Shown here piece after piece: positions 63,952-64,000 of a stretch of 64,000 nucleotides of DNA. The stretch is from Diadema antillarum (Eukaryota): the NCBI RefSeq assembly GCF_040938485.1, contig NW_027272305.1, positions 1 through 64,000 of the forward strand, in the 5' to 3' direction. Position 1 is the stretch's first letter, and every line of letters begins with the position of its first letter. The notes under the pieces were generated by a model that saw only the letters and a list, made by a program, of their open reading frames with translations, did not search any database and had not been told where the DNA came from. Both the position numbers and the translations under genes were made by a program.

Positions 63952-64000
63952 GTAACTACAGAGCATTGTAGTAAAGGAATATCCAATCTTAAAGCCCTGA

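Overview
Eukaryotic, AT-rich, intron-containing draft assembly with two N gaps. The late-type H2A/H2B proteins and their CAAGAAAGA downstream elements point to a sea urchin (inference). Supported genes: (1) an intronless 292-aa ORF with no domain I recognise (27363-28241, +); (2) a lone divergent late histone H2A-H2B pair with intact promoter and 3' stem-loops (36446-37810); (3) the first 20 coding exons (1188 codons, all GT-AG and phase-consistent) of a long multi-EF-hand gene, most likely EFCAB6, which continues past the window end. The rest is non-coding DNA rich in transposon remnants: TTAA-ended Kolobok/T2-like MITEs, two 5'-truncated CR1-group LINEs, Harbinger-like MITEs, a foldback element with a nested insert, a Helentron-associated (HINE/DINE-1-like) element and a pogo-like MITE. 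There is no CRISPR array, rRNA or tRNA. I cannot show a wholly new biological system from the sequence alone. The best leads are the orphan ORF with a possibly bicistronic leader, a candidate recursive splice site and RFX-type promoter for EFCAB6, and several unusual nested or paired element structures.
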